Positions 1-9,437 of a stretch of 64,000 nucleotides of DNA are shown here, one piece after another. The notes beneath the pieces were generated by a model that saw nothing but the letters and a program-made list of their open reading frames with translations, did not search any database and was not told the DNA's origin. The DNA is from Candidatus Hermodarchaeota archaeon. Its GTDB lineage: Archaea; Asgardarchaeota; Hermodarchaeia; Hermodarchaeales; Hermodarchaeaceae. A program made the translations under genes and the position numbers. Location: contig JAEOTO010000003.1 in assembly GCA_016839805.1 (NCBI GenBank), forward strand, positions 1-64,000, read 5' to 3'. Within the stretch, counting starts at the first letter, position 1. Every line of letters starts with the position of its first letter.

Positions 1-906
1 GTTGGCGTAGAGGTCGCGTCGGAGGTCGACGTCGCATTTGCGGACGGCTTCGACGATGGCGTCGTCGAGGGGTTGGGCTTCGACGCCGATGGCGCCGGGG
101 TTGAAGAGGACTTCGGGTCCTTGGAAGCGTTCGGCACCCACGGTGAGGGTGCTGCCGTCGGGGAGCATGTATTTCTTTTCCATGCCGGCGACTTTTTCGG
201 CGAGTTTGGTTTCTTTTTCGGGTTCGAGTGCGACGTAGCAGAGTTTTTCTTTGATGTCGCGGACGATTTCGCGTTCGGCGGTGGTGGTCAGTGAGTAGCC
301 CCGTTGTCGGAGCAGTCGTCGGAGGTATTCGGTGATGTCGCGGCCGGCTAAGTCGACGCGGCTGATGGCGTGGGTTAAGGCGAAGCCTTCATAGATGGGC
401 ACAATGTGGGTGACGCCGTCGCCGGAGTCGATGACGAGGCCGGTGGTCCGTCCGGAGGCATAGAGGCTGAGGACGGCTTGCATGGCGACGTAGATTGCTG
501 GAATGTTGAAGGTCTCGAACATGATCTCGGCCATCTTTTCACGATTGGCCCGAGGGTTCAAGGGGGCTTCGGTGAGCAGGATGGGGTGTTCGGTGGGGTC
601 GATGCGTAAGTCGTTGTAGAAGGTGTAGTGCCAGATTTTTTCCATGGCGGGCCAGTCGGTGATTTGGCCGTGGGCGATGGGGTAGACGAGTTTGAGGACT
701 CCTCGCAGTTGGAGGGCTTCTTCGCCGATGTAGTATTCGCGGGTGTAGTGTTCGACGTCAGTCATGTACGCTGGATATTTGGGGTAGCCGATGAGGGTTG
801 GAAAGACGCTGCGTGGCTGGTCTTCACCGGCGTAGCCGTTTTTGCTAAGGCCGGTGCCGTTGTCAACCACCAAGGGTTTGGCGGTGACCATTTCTTCTTC
901 TGCCAT
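1..906 (-). CDS. Actin (Lokiactin-type, eukaryote-like); 3' end lies beyond the window edge
   Basis: Not in the ORF track. Manual translation from ATG at 906 gives 302 open codons: [43 protein letters not shown]...YPIAHG...[25 protein letters not shown]...[25 protein letters not shown]...DLAGRDIT...[21 protein letters not shown]...[13 protein letters not shown], all hallmark actin motifs. Confidence 0.98.
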   Translation of the reverse strand, partial: MAEEEMVTAKPLVVDNGTGLSKNGYAGEDQPRSVFPTLIGYPKYPAYMTDVEHYTREYYIGEEALQLRGVLKLVYPIAHGQITDWPAMEKIWHYTFYNDLRIDPTEHPILLTEAPLNPRANREKMAEIMFETFNIPAIYVAMQAVLSLYASGRTTGLVIDSGDGVTHIVPIYEGFALTHAISRVDLAGRDITEYLRRLLRQRGYSLTTTAEREIVRDIKEKLCYVALEPEKETKLAEKVAGMEKKYMLPDGSTLTVGAERFQGPEVLFNPGAIGVEAQPLDDAIVEAVRKCDVDLRRDLYAN

Positions 907-1054
907 TGATTGGTTCATCTCCTTCGAAGGTTTTTTTTAAAATGGTGAATTTTTGGCTGGAATACTTTCCCAGGCTGGTCTTTGTATTCCCAAAGAAAGA
1001 ACTTCGAATTTCGTTTATAAAACTTCAGGCACCTTTTGGCGTCATCTCTATCAA

Positions 1055-1071
1055 CGTTATCACTGATAGCG
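1055..1071. promoter_or_regulatory. Imperfect inverted repeat (possible operator or leader hairpin) between actin and the divergent regulator
   Basis: CGTTATCA-C-TGATAGCG, 7/8 match, flanked by TCAAC/GTTGA; TATA-like TTTATAT nearby at about 1124-1130. Confidence 0.3.
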
Positions 1072-1218
1072 ATGTTGAATTAAATCGCAAAGGCGTCTAG
1101 GGGAAGCCTTTGGGGACGAGTGATTTATATGCCGGGCTTCGCAGATATTTTTTTGTAGCAGCCCGATTTCTGGGAACGCTTACTTGAACGAGAGCATTGT
1201 ATCGTATGGTGGCACAGG

Positions 1219-1884
1219 GTGTCTGTGGGCAAAGTGAAACGCGTCATTGGTGGTGTCGAGGCACGCAAAATTATCCTCCGCCAACTCCTCGATGGGCCAC
1301 AGACCGGCATCGTGTTGCGGGCCGCGATTGCCCGCCGGGTGAAAAAACCCGTGGACGAAGTATCGGATGCCATGCTCTACTTTAATCTGCAACACCTGGA
1401 GAACAATGGGCTCATCGAACGTTTTCGCGATGGGAAAGAAAAAGCCGCCCGGATTGTGCCCTTTCAAATCCAAAGTGTACGTCGGGTGTTAGATGTGGAC
1501 GCCCCCGTGGCGTACATTGGGGCGATTGGAGACGATCCTGGAGTGTTGCACGCGGTCCCCAAACGAATTCGGGCGGAAACGACGTTTCGTCCCGAAACAT
1601 ATCATTATTTTGTCGAAGAAGCCACACGGCGCCGACTCAGCGGGCTTACCGCGGACCGGATTTTACATGAGGTGCCCTCGGACATCTTCTACCATGATTT
1701 AGGGAAGATGTATGAATTGGTCTATAATCTCTCCCAGGAGCTCATCCGGGAACATGCAATCCTCATCGATGTGACCGGGGGCGGCAAGGTCTGTGCCCTA
1801 GCCTTATATTCGCTTGCTATCGAATTTGATTTGCCTTGTGTGTTTGTCACCGAGATGGGCACCGTGACCTGGATGCGCAGCTAA
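1219..1884 (+). CDS. Transcriptional regulator with N-terminal winged HTH and C-terminal CARF (Csa3-like) domain
   Basis: wHTH: 'VSDAMLYFNLQHLENNGLIE'. C-terminal CARF signature 'ILIDVTGGGKVCALALYSLA' (D-x-T-G-G-x-K). Confidence 0.7.
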   Translation: MSVGKVKRVIGGVEARKIILRQLLDGPQTGIVLRAAIARRVKKPVDEVSDAMLYFNLQHLENNGLIERFRDGKEKAARIVPFQIQSVRRVLDVDAPVAYIGAIGDDPGVLHAVPKRIRAETTFRPETYHYFVEEATRRRLSGLTADRILHEVPSDIFYHDLGKMYELVYNLSQELIREHAILIDVTGGGKVCALALYSLAIEFDLPCVFVTEMGTVTWMRS

Positions 1885-1898
1885 TCGAGTTCATCGAT

Positions 1899-4169
1899 TT
1901 ATGATGTTGTGTTGTTGGAGAAGGAATAAGGAAAGTCAATTTGCATGGGAACTATAATGCCTTTTTGTCGCAAATTGAAAATCGCTTCGAAAATCTCAAT
2001 GCTTTGGTCCTTGCGATCTCCTTGGCATTTATCGAGTAAGTCTCTTATTAGAAACGAGCTTTTATTGACGCTCAGTGTTTTGGCCTGATTATAAAGCGCT
2101 CGTTCTGATGTGGAAAGAGAGACCTGTTTGGTTCGACCATCTTGAATGATATGAGGTAGTCGAATGGTAATGAAGAGGTACTCGTTGACAAGATCGATGG
2201 CTTCGTTAAAGATGTTCAGGCGTCCCGCCCAATTTTCGAGGACATCGGCATATTGCTCCTCAAAGTGTGACGTTAATTGTTCCAGTCGAGTATGCAATTG
2301 GCCACTGGGAGGTTGACTGAAAATTATGGCATTTCGCATGAATTTTCCATCATGTACCATGATGTGAAAGTCTCGGTAGGTGATTTGATGCAGGGTCGAA
2401 GTATCATCCTGGTCCGTGGGTGATTGTTCTGATTCGGTGAGACTGAAACCAAACGTGGCAATAGCTTGAATCAGGCCAGTGACTAAATTCGCTCTCATTT
2501 TTTTGTCCACGATAGGATCTAACAGACAGAGTCCGGTTTCCTTGTGAATAAGTAAAACGCGTTTGATTTTTTCAATATCGTAAAACGAGTCAGCGAGTGC
2601 TTGAAGTTGTTGATGGCGAATTTTCTGTTGTGGAAGGAGGATTCGTTGTCGATAGAAGAGTAGGGATGGGAGGAGAAGAACGAGGAATATGATCACGAAC
2701 CAGAACAGGAACCCGCCGATGGTAGCTGTTATTGGAATTGGAACCGTACAAAAAACGTGCCACAAGCCATCTTCGGCATCATGAATAATGAGCCGGTTCT
2801 CATTGATGGTCCAAGCCGAATTGGGAATTGTATTACGCGTAATGGAGTGTATCATCCATTCCTGTGGAAAAGTAAGCAATATGGTTTGGTTATCAACACC
2901 TTCAGGGAAATCAATAATTAGTGTTAGGAGCCAGTTCACACCACTTTGTACCGATGAAATATGCATATTCGAATAAACTGTACTGGAATCTTGAAATAAA
3001 GCAGACCAAATAACATCAAACTCAACAACCCATTGATATAGATCAGACCAAGCCACAGTCACGATAAATTCGCGTGTACTGTTAGAAGTAGCGAGAGGGG
3101 GCTGGAGTGGACCACTATCCCACCCACCTGCATTCAGCGGAGTAAAGTTCGTGACGGTGGCGCCATTTACTTGCATATTAATGTCAGAAGGAGAGATGTT
3201 TTGATTTTCGGGAAGAATAGAGACATTGAGAAACAGGTCACGCGATCGGTATCTCCACGAATTGATATAACCATAGCAGTCTCCTTCGTCTTCTTCATCG
3301 GGAATGACATCATCTCTACAATATACCCAGTTGATCCGGGTGTCGTCATCAAAAGCCCGGGCAATGCCTAGATAGAATGTGTTGGAATAGGTTATCGTTG
3401 GATCGAGCAGTAATTCGCTTTCATTTGTATCGATCCAGAACCAGTTCTCTTGACCCGGTTGGAGGGTTGGCGATATGGGTACTTCTGTCCAGTCTGTGAG
3501 GGGTGCAGAGGTATTTAAGAAGGTGCTGGCTTCTGTTCCGGGTTGAGCCATGTAAACGCGATACCGTAAAATTCCTTTTGATTCTCCGCGAAGGTATATC
3601 CAGAACCCATCAACCCGGATCGGTTCGGTGCCATTGATGTGGAAGCCCATATAGGAGTATTCATTAGTCCAGATGTAATCCTCATAGGGGGAGTTGGTAG
3701 GGTTATAGTCTTCGACAGATAGCTGCAGTGGTTGAGGTTGAATTTGTGTGAAATTTAACGTCTCCCGGGTCATTGAGCCTTGAAGAAGATTAACTGAGAA
3801 GGGGGTTTGGCTTTTCCAATTGGACCAACTGAAATGTTGCTTCCATGTCATGAGAGCTAAAAGATCGCTCTCGGTATCTTGCATTCGTGATTTGGAAATG
3901 AGAAATTGCCAGGAGTTCATTGAGGTCGAAGGATATGGCAAAAGAGCGTGGTTAGAACTCGTCGTGCACATAAATGGAGTATTGTCTAAGAGCAGCAGGG
4001 TTCCGCCAAATACTAATCCAGTTAGCGCAATTGCAAGGACTATTATATGAAGACCCGAGGCTAAACGGGTGCCCTTCATATCGACTTCTGCCTCCCAGAC
4101 ACGTATATGTAATAGTGATGTGAATTCTGTAACTAACGTGGCTTCGCTTGTGGAAATCGGTAGCATCAA
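1899..4169 (-). CDS. Asgard-type membrane protein: N-terminal TM/signal, large extracellular domain, TM, cytoplasmic longin-like domain and C-terminal wHTH-like segment (likely start ATG at 4079)
   Basis: Hydrophobic runs 'IIVLAIALTGLVFGGTLLLL' and 'FLFWFVIIFLVLLLPSLLFY'. Longin-like pattern 'VLLIHKETGLCL...NLVTGLIQAIATF...ITYRDFHIMV...FEEQYADVLENWAG'. Confidence 0.65.
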   Translation of the reverse strand: MMLPISTSEATLVTEFTSLLHIRVWEAEVDMKGTRLASGLHIIVLAIALTGLVFGGTLLLLDNTPFMCTTSSNHALLPYPSTSMNSWQFLISKSRMQDTESDLLALMTWKQHFSWSNWKSQTPFSVNLLQGSMTRETLNFTQIQPQPLQLSVEDYNPTNSPYEDYIWTNEYSYMGFHINGTEPIRVDGFWIYLRGESKGILRYRVYMAQPGTEASTFLNTSAPLTDWTEVPISPTLQPGQENWFWIDTNESELLLDPTITYSNTFYLGIARAFDDDTRINWVYCRDDVIPDEEDEGDCYGYINSWRYRSRDLFLNVSILPENQNISPSDINMQVNGATVTNFTPLNAGGWDSGPLQPPLATSNSTREFIVTVAWSDLYQWVVEFDVIWSALFQDSSTVYSNMHISSVQSGVNWLLTLIIDFPEGVDNQTILLTFPQEWMIHSITRNTIPNSAWTINENRLIIHDAEDGLWHVFCTVPIPITATIGGFLFWFVIIFLVLLLPSLLFYRQRILLPQQKIRHQQLQALADSFYDIEKIKRVLLIHKETGLCLLDPIVDKKMRANLVTGLIQAIATFGFSLTESEQSPTDQDDTSTLHQITYRDFHIMVHDGKFMRNAIIFSQPPSGQLHTRLEQLTSHFEEQYADVLENWAGRLNIFNEAIDLVNEYLFITIRLPHIIQDGRTKQVSLSTSERALYNQAKTLSVNKSSFLIRDLLDKCQGDRKDQSIEIFEAIFNLRQKGIIVPMQIDFPYSFSNNTTS

Positions 4170-4316
4170 TTAGATGCTTGTCGTGAATTAAATACGTTAT
4201 TTCAGCAGGCTCCAATCGGTTGAAAAATTGATGTTTTCGAAAAACCCAGCTTGAAATGGAACCGACAAAAACGAGTATTTGAAACGAGAAGAGGGAGAAG
4301 TCTAGGCTGATTGATT

Positions 4317-5033
4317 TTATGAGTTAAATGCAGAGGAATAGGAGATAAATGCACCATTACGAAGAATGGGAGTTAAATTATAGCGATTGGTTTGTGCACA
4401 AAAGCGGATATCATCTTTGTAACCTGCTTGAACTAAGATCGTGCCATGGTGACTCACTAAGAGTTCACGGCTAATATCTCCAAGGTCAGCGTAGCTGGGG
4501 GGGTCGTCGGGAAATTGTAGTCGACTGATGATATGATGGGAGGTAAAATCATCTTCAGCAGCATAGCCCCGTATGCTGCCAGCAGAAATTACTGAGACCG
4601 GTTGTTGGAGTTTCTTGGCGAGGGTTCGAGCGGTTGTTGCCACGTGTTCAATATTCAGAAATGCTCCCACGAGAATGGTCGCAGTTTCGGGTGGGGTGCC
4701 CAGGGTGCGAGTGAAATTACTGGTCGTGAGGATGATGGGACGTCCGCGAATGCGGTCGGTGAGGAAGCTGCGTGGAGAATTCCCATAATCGAATCCGGCT
4801 GGTGGGTGTGCCGCACGTTCGCCAGCCAGGAACCCGTTGGGAAAGTGGTAAATCCGTTCACGGGCTTCTTCCACGGTGGTCACGGGAATTATTTGGGAGG
4901 CACCATTTGCTAACGCTGTAACGATGGTACTGCTTGCACGGAGTACGTCAACCAGTATAATCACATGCTGTTGAGCCAAAGCCTGTGCCAGTGCGTCGGG
5001 ACCCGACCCGTGAGAAACCGATATTGATGACAT
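4317..5033 (-). CDS. comB: 2-phosphosulfolactate phosphatase family (ComB)
   Basis: VDVLRASSTI, GER, FDYGNSP, LTTSNFT, GAFLN and AEDD motifs. Confidence 0.9.
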   Translation of the reverse strand: MSSISVSHGSGPDALAQALAQQHVIILVDVLRASSTIVTALANGASQIIPVTTVEEARERIYHFPNGFLAGERAAHPPAGFDYGNSPRSFLTDRIRGRPIILTTSNFTRTLGTPPETATILVGAFLNIEHVATTARTLAKKLQQPVSVISAGSIRGYAAEDDFTSHHIISRLQFPDDPPSYADLGDISRELLVSHHGTILVQAGYKDDIRFCAQTNRYNLTPILRNGAFISYSSAFNS

Positions 5034-5061
5034 GATGATATTGGCTCCAGGCTAGATTGGT

Positions 5062-5700
5062 TTAAGGTTTCGGAGTTTCCATCGCCTGCAACTGGCGTCG
5101 GTAGTACAGTACCCGATACACTACTGTAAGATGGCTCAGGATTGCGATGAGTAGTAACCCAATATACGGAAATGCGGGGTGAACTACCACCAAGAGGCTG
5201 GTTACTACGAGGATGAAGAGGCGTTCTGAGCGGGCGGCAATTCCTACATCAGTATCCTTGACACCTGCTGCCTGTGCTCGACTTCGAGCATAACTGACTA
5301 GCAAACTGCCTGAGATTGCTACTGTCACCCACCACCAACGGGGACCCCACTGCGGAAAGGGATTGGGCAGAAACAGAAATGGGAACAATATTACAACATC
5401 TGCGATGCGGTCCAGCATTGAGTCTAAAAACCCGCCGGCTAGGGTTGCTCGTTGAGTTTGACGGGCGACTTCACCATCGACGCCATCAAGAAGCCCTGCA
5501 CAGAACACAAGCAATCCGTAAACGAAATACCATTGGTATAGTGTCAGTAAAACTGCACTAAGTGAAGCCACGAAGAAAGTCAGGATACTGATTGCATTGG
5601 GCGAAATACGGAGGCGAATAAATCCGCGAGCAATGACGCGAACCAGGGGACCGAACACCCGTCGGAGTCGATAAGGAGACGGCATGATCATCGCATCCAT
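5062..5700 (-). CDS. CDP-alcohol phosphatidyltransferase (archaetidylinositol-phosphate synthase-like)
   Basis: DGVDGEVAR...GGFLDSMLDRIAD signature; LVSYARSRA; RSERL. Confidence 0.9.
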   Translation of the reverse strand: MDAMIMPSPYRLRRVFGPLVRVIARGFIRLRISPNAISILTFFVASLSAVLLTLYQWYFVYGLLVFCAGLLDGVDGEVARQTQRATLAGGFLDSMLDRIADVVILFPFLFLPNPFPQWGPRWWWVTVAISGSLLVSYARSRAQAAGVKDTDVGIAARSERLFILVVTSLLVVVHPAFPYIGLLLIAILSHLTVVYRVLYYRRQLQAMETPKP

Positions 5701-6714
5701 TCAGGTGGAGTGGAGCACATTCCCTTTAGCATCTAGCACGGCTCCGGTTAAGTCGGTATTGACAGGAACATGAGTGTCTGGCAAGGTGATGCACCGAGAT
5801 AACACGGAATTCGAGTATACTATTGTATGGGGCCCAAGGGTTGTAGCATTGTCAATGAGACAATTATCACCGATATGTACACGGGGACCTAAGAGGACCG
5901 GACCCTCAATCTTTGCCTCTTTCCCTAAAGTTAAAGTCGCACTTTGGAGGGGACCTTCCATCGATGTCCCCGGAGGTAGATAGGTACCTGGAGGTTGAGG
6001 CTGCGGAGGCCATCCCTCAGCGAGAAGATAGGCATTCAAAGCCACGAGGCTTGTAACAGAATCAACATCACACCATACACGATCAGTAATCGGAATACCC
6101 TGAAGAGGTTGATCCTGCATCAACCACTGCTGTAAGAGAGTAAAGACTGTGGACGCAGAATCGGTAGCACTTCGAATAGTGCTCTCAAAAAATCGAGTAG
6201 TCGCTCGGAGAGCCGGTAGCCCTGGATAATACCCTGCAAGGTAGACAGATGATTGGGTGAGGGCCGAAACTAGCTCCGAGGTATCAAGCTGAAGAAGTGT
6301 ACCAGGTCCATGAGAAAAAGGATCAAAGAGGAGAGCTACTTCCGCAGAAGTAGTTGTCAAGAGGCGGAGATTTTCTGCAGAGATATAGAGGTCTCCAGGT
6401 AAGAGGACGCAAGGAGTAGTTTTGGATAAGTATGGCAACACTGATTGAAATGATGCTAAAGGACCCTGTTGCCAGTTAGGTGTCTCGATGGGGATAAGAT
6501 CGCCATGAAGTGATAACGTAGTGAGGTAATCCTGCATCGAGTCTCTCGCGTATCCTAAAGTGACATAAATCTCAGTAAATCTGGCAGCATCGACGGCAGC
6601 GAGTAGATAATCTAACAGGGGACGATTGGCAACGGGGAGAAGGGATTTTGGGTGCTGATCAGTGAGTGGTACAAGGCGCTTGCCACTACCACTCGTCAGG
6701 ATCACTACTTGCAA
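5701..6714 (-). CDS. NDP-sugar pyrophosphorylase/nucleotidyltransferase with C-terminal left-handed beta-helix
   Basis: ILTSGSGKRLVPLT..HPKSLLPVANRP, WCDVD and hexapeptide repeats. TTG at 6714 follows a GAGGT SD (ORF track start 6753). Confidence 0.8.
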   Translation of the reverse strand: MQVVILTSGSGKRLVPLTDQHPKSLLPVANRPLLDYLLAAVDAARFTEIYVTLGYARDSMQDYLTTLSLHGDLIPIETPNWQQGPLASFQSVLPYLSKTTPCVLLPGDLYISAENLRLLTTTSAEVALLFDPFSHGPGTLLQLDTSELVSALTQSSVYLAGYYPGLPALRATTRFFESTIRSATDSASTVFTLLQQWLMQDQPLQGIPITDRVWCDVDSVTSLVALNAYLLAEGWPPQPQPPGTYLPPGTSMEGPLQSATLTLGKEAKIEGPVLLGPRVHIGDNCLIDNATTLGPHTIVYSNSVLSRCITLPDTHVPVNTDLTGAVLDAKGNVLHST

Positions 6715-6777
6715 TGAGAGACCTCGAACAGGTTTTAGGCAAGGAATACCCACTACTCTAGCGGTGGCAACTCAAAA

Positions 6778-7422
6778 ATGGTTAGGCGTTATTCGATAAA
6801 TGCAAAAAACCTGAATCTAGACCTTATTCACGAAGCAGCACAGCGGATACGCATGGGAGGAATCATCATCCTTCCTACAGATACTGCTTATGGCTTAACA
6901 GGGAATCCCACTGATCCCATCGCAGTTCAACGCATTATAAGTGTCAAAAAACGAACAAGCAAACCAGGAATGCCACTTTTGGTGAAAAATTTAGCCCAAG
7001 CCCACACTCTGGTGAAATTATCAAAGACCGCACAAGACCTAGCCACTCAGTTTTGGCCCGGAGCCCTGACACTCATTGCACCGAGTCTACACTCCTTTCC
7101 TCCTGGTATTCTTGGTCCTCAAAACTCGCTAGCCATTCGAGTACCCGATCATCCCGTGACCTTAGCTGTAATCCAGGCAACTGGTTTTGCCATTATCGGC
7201 ACCAGCGCAAATACATCCGATACTCCGAGTCCACGTACTGCTGATGCTGCGGAAGCTAATATCGGTCAACACGTAGATTTCATCCTTGATGCAGGATCCA
7301 CCCAGCATACTGCTGATTCCACAATCGTTGATTGTACACGAAGTCCACCGGAAATTATCCGTGAAGGCGCAATACCGGCAACTAGACTGCAATCCTGGTT
7401 CTCATTAAAGGACCTCGACTAA
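6778..7422 (+). CDS. sua5: Threonylcarbamoyl-AMP synthase (TsaC/Sua5/YrdC; short form)
   Basis: PTDTAYGL, KKR, FWPGALT, IRVPDHP and TSAN motifs. Confidence 0.95.
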   Translation: MVRRYSINAKNLNLDLIHEAAQRIRMGGIIILPTDTAYGLTGNPTDPIAVQRIISVKKRTSKPGMPLLVKNLAQAHTLVKLSKTAQDLATQFWPGALTLIAPSLHSFPPGILGPQNSLAIRVPDHPVTLAVIQATGFAIIGTSANTSDTPSPRTADAAEANIGQHVDFILDAGSTQHTADSTIVDCTRSPPEIIREGAIPATRLQSWFSLKDLD

Positions 7423-7477
7423 TTATAGCCAGAGATGAAGTGCTTCCTGAAAACTTTAAATCGGAAGTGCACATCCT

Positions 7478-8017
7478 TTGAGCCGTATGCTATCGGTTAC
7501 TGATAATTTTAATTTGTTGTTATCCTGTCGACGCTTCCAAGAAGCCGAGAGCTGTCAAGAGCTGCGCCGGATTATGGATGATGAGCCAACCTTGGGAACT
7601 TTGGAATGGTGTAAACTCACGGGGATATCTTGTCTTGTAGTAGGGAAAATTGATAGTGATGCCCATCAATTTGTGACCCGCCTTGGTCAAATTGTGAAAA
7701 AGATGCCTTGGATTGTTCAGGATTTATTGAAAATCCATGCCATTGACTTGATTGTTGATAGCACTATGGATGCCATTCGAGCCGGTAGCAAAAAACTCGC
7801 AAAGAAGATGACAAAAACTACTTCATTTCGCGTGAATCTGAATCGCCGAGACACAGATTTAGATCGCAAAGAGTTACTGCATGAAGTAGCCATTCAATTT
7901 CCAGGGAAGGTGGATTTAGAAGACTACGAATTTGTAGTAGCTGTTGAGATGCTCGGACCGGTCACTGGATTGGCACTTCTCCGTGAAGAGGAGATTGTCA
8001 CTCTGCGTCGGCTTTAA
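7478..8017 (+). CDS. THUMP-domain RNA-binding protein (Tan1-like)
   Basis: 'SFRVNLNRRDT...GKVDLEDYEFVVAVEMLG' THUMP C-terminus. Confidence 0.8.
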   Translation: MSRMLSVTDNFNLLLSCRRFQEAESCQELRRIMDDEPTLGTLEWCKLTGISCLVVGKIDSDAHQFVTRLGQIVKKMPWIVQDLLKIHAIDLIVDSTMDAIRAGSKKLAKKMTKTTSFRVNLNRRDTDLDRKELLHEVAIQFPGKVDLEDYEFVVAVEMLGPVTGLALLREEEIVTLRRL

Positions 8018-8613
8018 CGCGAAATTGCGAGAAGCGCACACCGATCGTACACGAGTTTTTCTAATGCGGAACGTCGATCTGTAACTCGGTTTGAATGACT
8101 AATTGCTTTCACTTCTTGATTGGTCAGTTGGAACGCATCTTTGATTACCTGTTCTTTATCTTTAGATTTGATTGACAAAACGGTAGAATTATCTTTGCTG
8201 TTGGTTTGTTTCAGAAATTCTTGGTAGCCAGCCTGTAACAGTGACGGCGTTTGATCTACTAGTACCCCAGCAAGATGCTGTGTAGATTTCGTGATTCCAA
8301 TAATTTTGAGAGCCTGAGAGATTTGACGTTGAGCAGCAGTAAATCGAAGAATTTCCATGGCGAGTGTGGTTGCACGTTGTGTACCGTGATGAAAAGTTGT
8401 CAAAGCATGAATGGCAGCAAACAACAGATGATTGGAGCTTACGATATAATTTGCGTCCACCACTTGAAATGTAACGTTGTGTGCGGTCGCAACCCTTTGG
8501 GCGATATCCACAAGATTTTGTGAAGTTTGTGATTGCAATGGAGTGCAGCCAAAGACTCCGATTTGATGGCTAGTAGAACCGATAATAACTTCATTGAGGA
8601 ACAACGGAGCCAT
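8014..8613 (-). CDS. cgi121: KEOPS subunit Cgi121
   Basis: 'VDANYIVSSNHLLFAAIHA...LAMEILRFTAAQRQISQALKIIGI'. ATG at 8613 follows a GGTGA SD. Confidence 0.85.
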   Translation of the reverse strand: MAPLFLNEVIIGSTSHQIGVFGCTPLQSQTSQNLVDIAQRVATAHNVTFQVVDANYIVSSNHLLFAAIHALTTFHHGTQRATTLAMEILRFTAAQRQISQALKIIGITKSTQHLAGVLVDQTPSLLQAGYQEFLKQTNSKDNSTVLSIKSKDKEQVIKDAFQLTNQEVKAISHSNRVTDRRSALEKLVYDRCALLAISR

Positions 8614-8650
8614 TTTTTCACCATAACTACAGGTTATCAGATTTACTTGA

Positions 8651-9430
8651 TTAGAGGGGGAAGTGCCAGAAAAACCAATCTGGTAAAAGCCAGGGAGCCT
8701 GAACTCGAATGATAAAGGTAACGTATAATGCAAACATCAGAATCAGGGTGCTTAACACCATCAAGGCATAATCTCGCTTGCGAAGCTTGAGTTCGTATAG
8801 ACTAGTCCGATTAGTTGTTGATCCGAATGCCCGTGATTCTAGACTTTCAGCAACTTGAAGGGCTCGGCGTATAGAACTGACGATGATGGGAATTAGGATG
8901 GGGATGTAATTGCGGACTCGTTGGAGTATATTGCCACGTTCTAATTCTAACCCTCGAGACATCTGTGCGTCACGAATGGTTTCGGTTTCGGTGGCAATTG
9001 TGGGGACATATCGAACTGCCATAGAAAATGCAAAGGCAAATTCGTACGGAACCCGCATTTTGATTAGCGCTAGAGCAAAGTCATCTGGGTGGACAGTGAG
9101 AAAGAAGAGGGAAAAAGCAGTCATTAAGACGCCAAGACGCAGCACTGTGGATACGGCGAAGGAAAATGAGAGAAAGAACGTATTAATAGTGAGAATGAAT
9201 CCGGCGAGAAGCGCTAGACCCCGCAAGCTTTTAGACCACTGTCGCAGCGACCGAGCAAGAAAAATGAAGGGAATCATGGTAAGGAATATTATTAGTAAAG
9301 GGATGATTTCGAGGAATAGCATTCCGACGATGGAAAACACCACGGCCATGAAGAAAGTAGTCCTTGGATCAAGCCTGTGCATGAAGGTGTCTTTTTGTTT
9401 AAATCGAAATGCTTCAAAGATTGCGGCCAT
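8651..9430 (-). CDS. ecfT: ECF transporter transmembrane component T
   Basis: HRLDPRT, AQMSRG and LESRAF motifs; multiple TM segments. Confidence 0.92.
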   Translation of the reverse strand: MAAIFEAFRFKQKDTFMHRLDPRTTFFMAVVFSIVGMLFLEIIPLLIIFLTMIPFIFLARSLRQWSKSLRGLALLAGFILTINTFFLSFSFAVSTVLRLGVLMTAFSLFFLTVHPDDFALALIKMRVPYEFAFAFSMAVRYVPTIATETETIRDAQMSRGLELERGNILQRVRNYIPILIPIIVSSIRRALQVAESLESRAFGSTTNRTSLYELKLRKRDYALMVLSTLILMFALYVTFIIRVQAPWLLPDWFFWHFPL

Positions 9431-9437
9431 GCTGCTT

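Noticed and set aside
38-1100. Short + strand ORFs at the left end
   Set aside because: Mostly antisense shadows of the codon-biased actin gene; 906..1100 lies in its promoter/leader
1219-1884. CRISPR-Cas locus implied by the CARF protein
   Set aside because: No repeat-spacer array or cas gene anywhere in the window
4317-5033. Evidence for coenzyme M synthesis or methanogenesis
   Set aside because: ComB homologues are widespread and no other com/mcr genes are in the window
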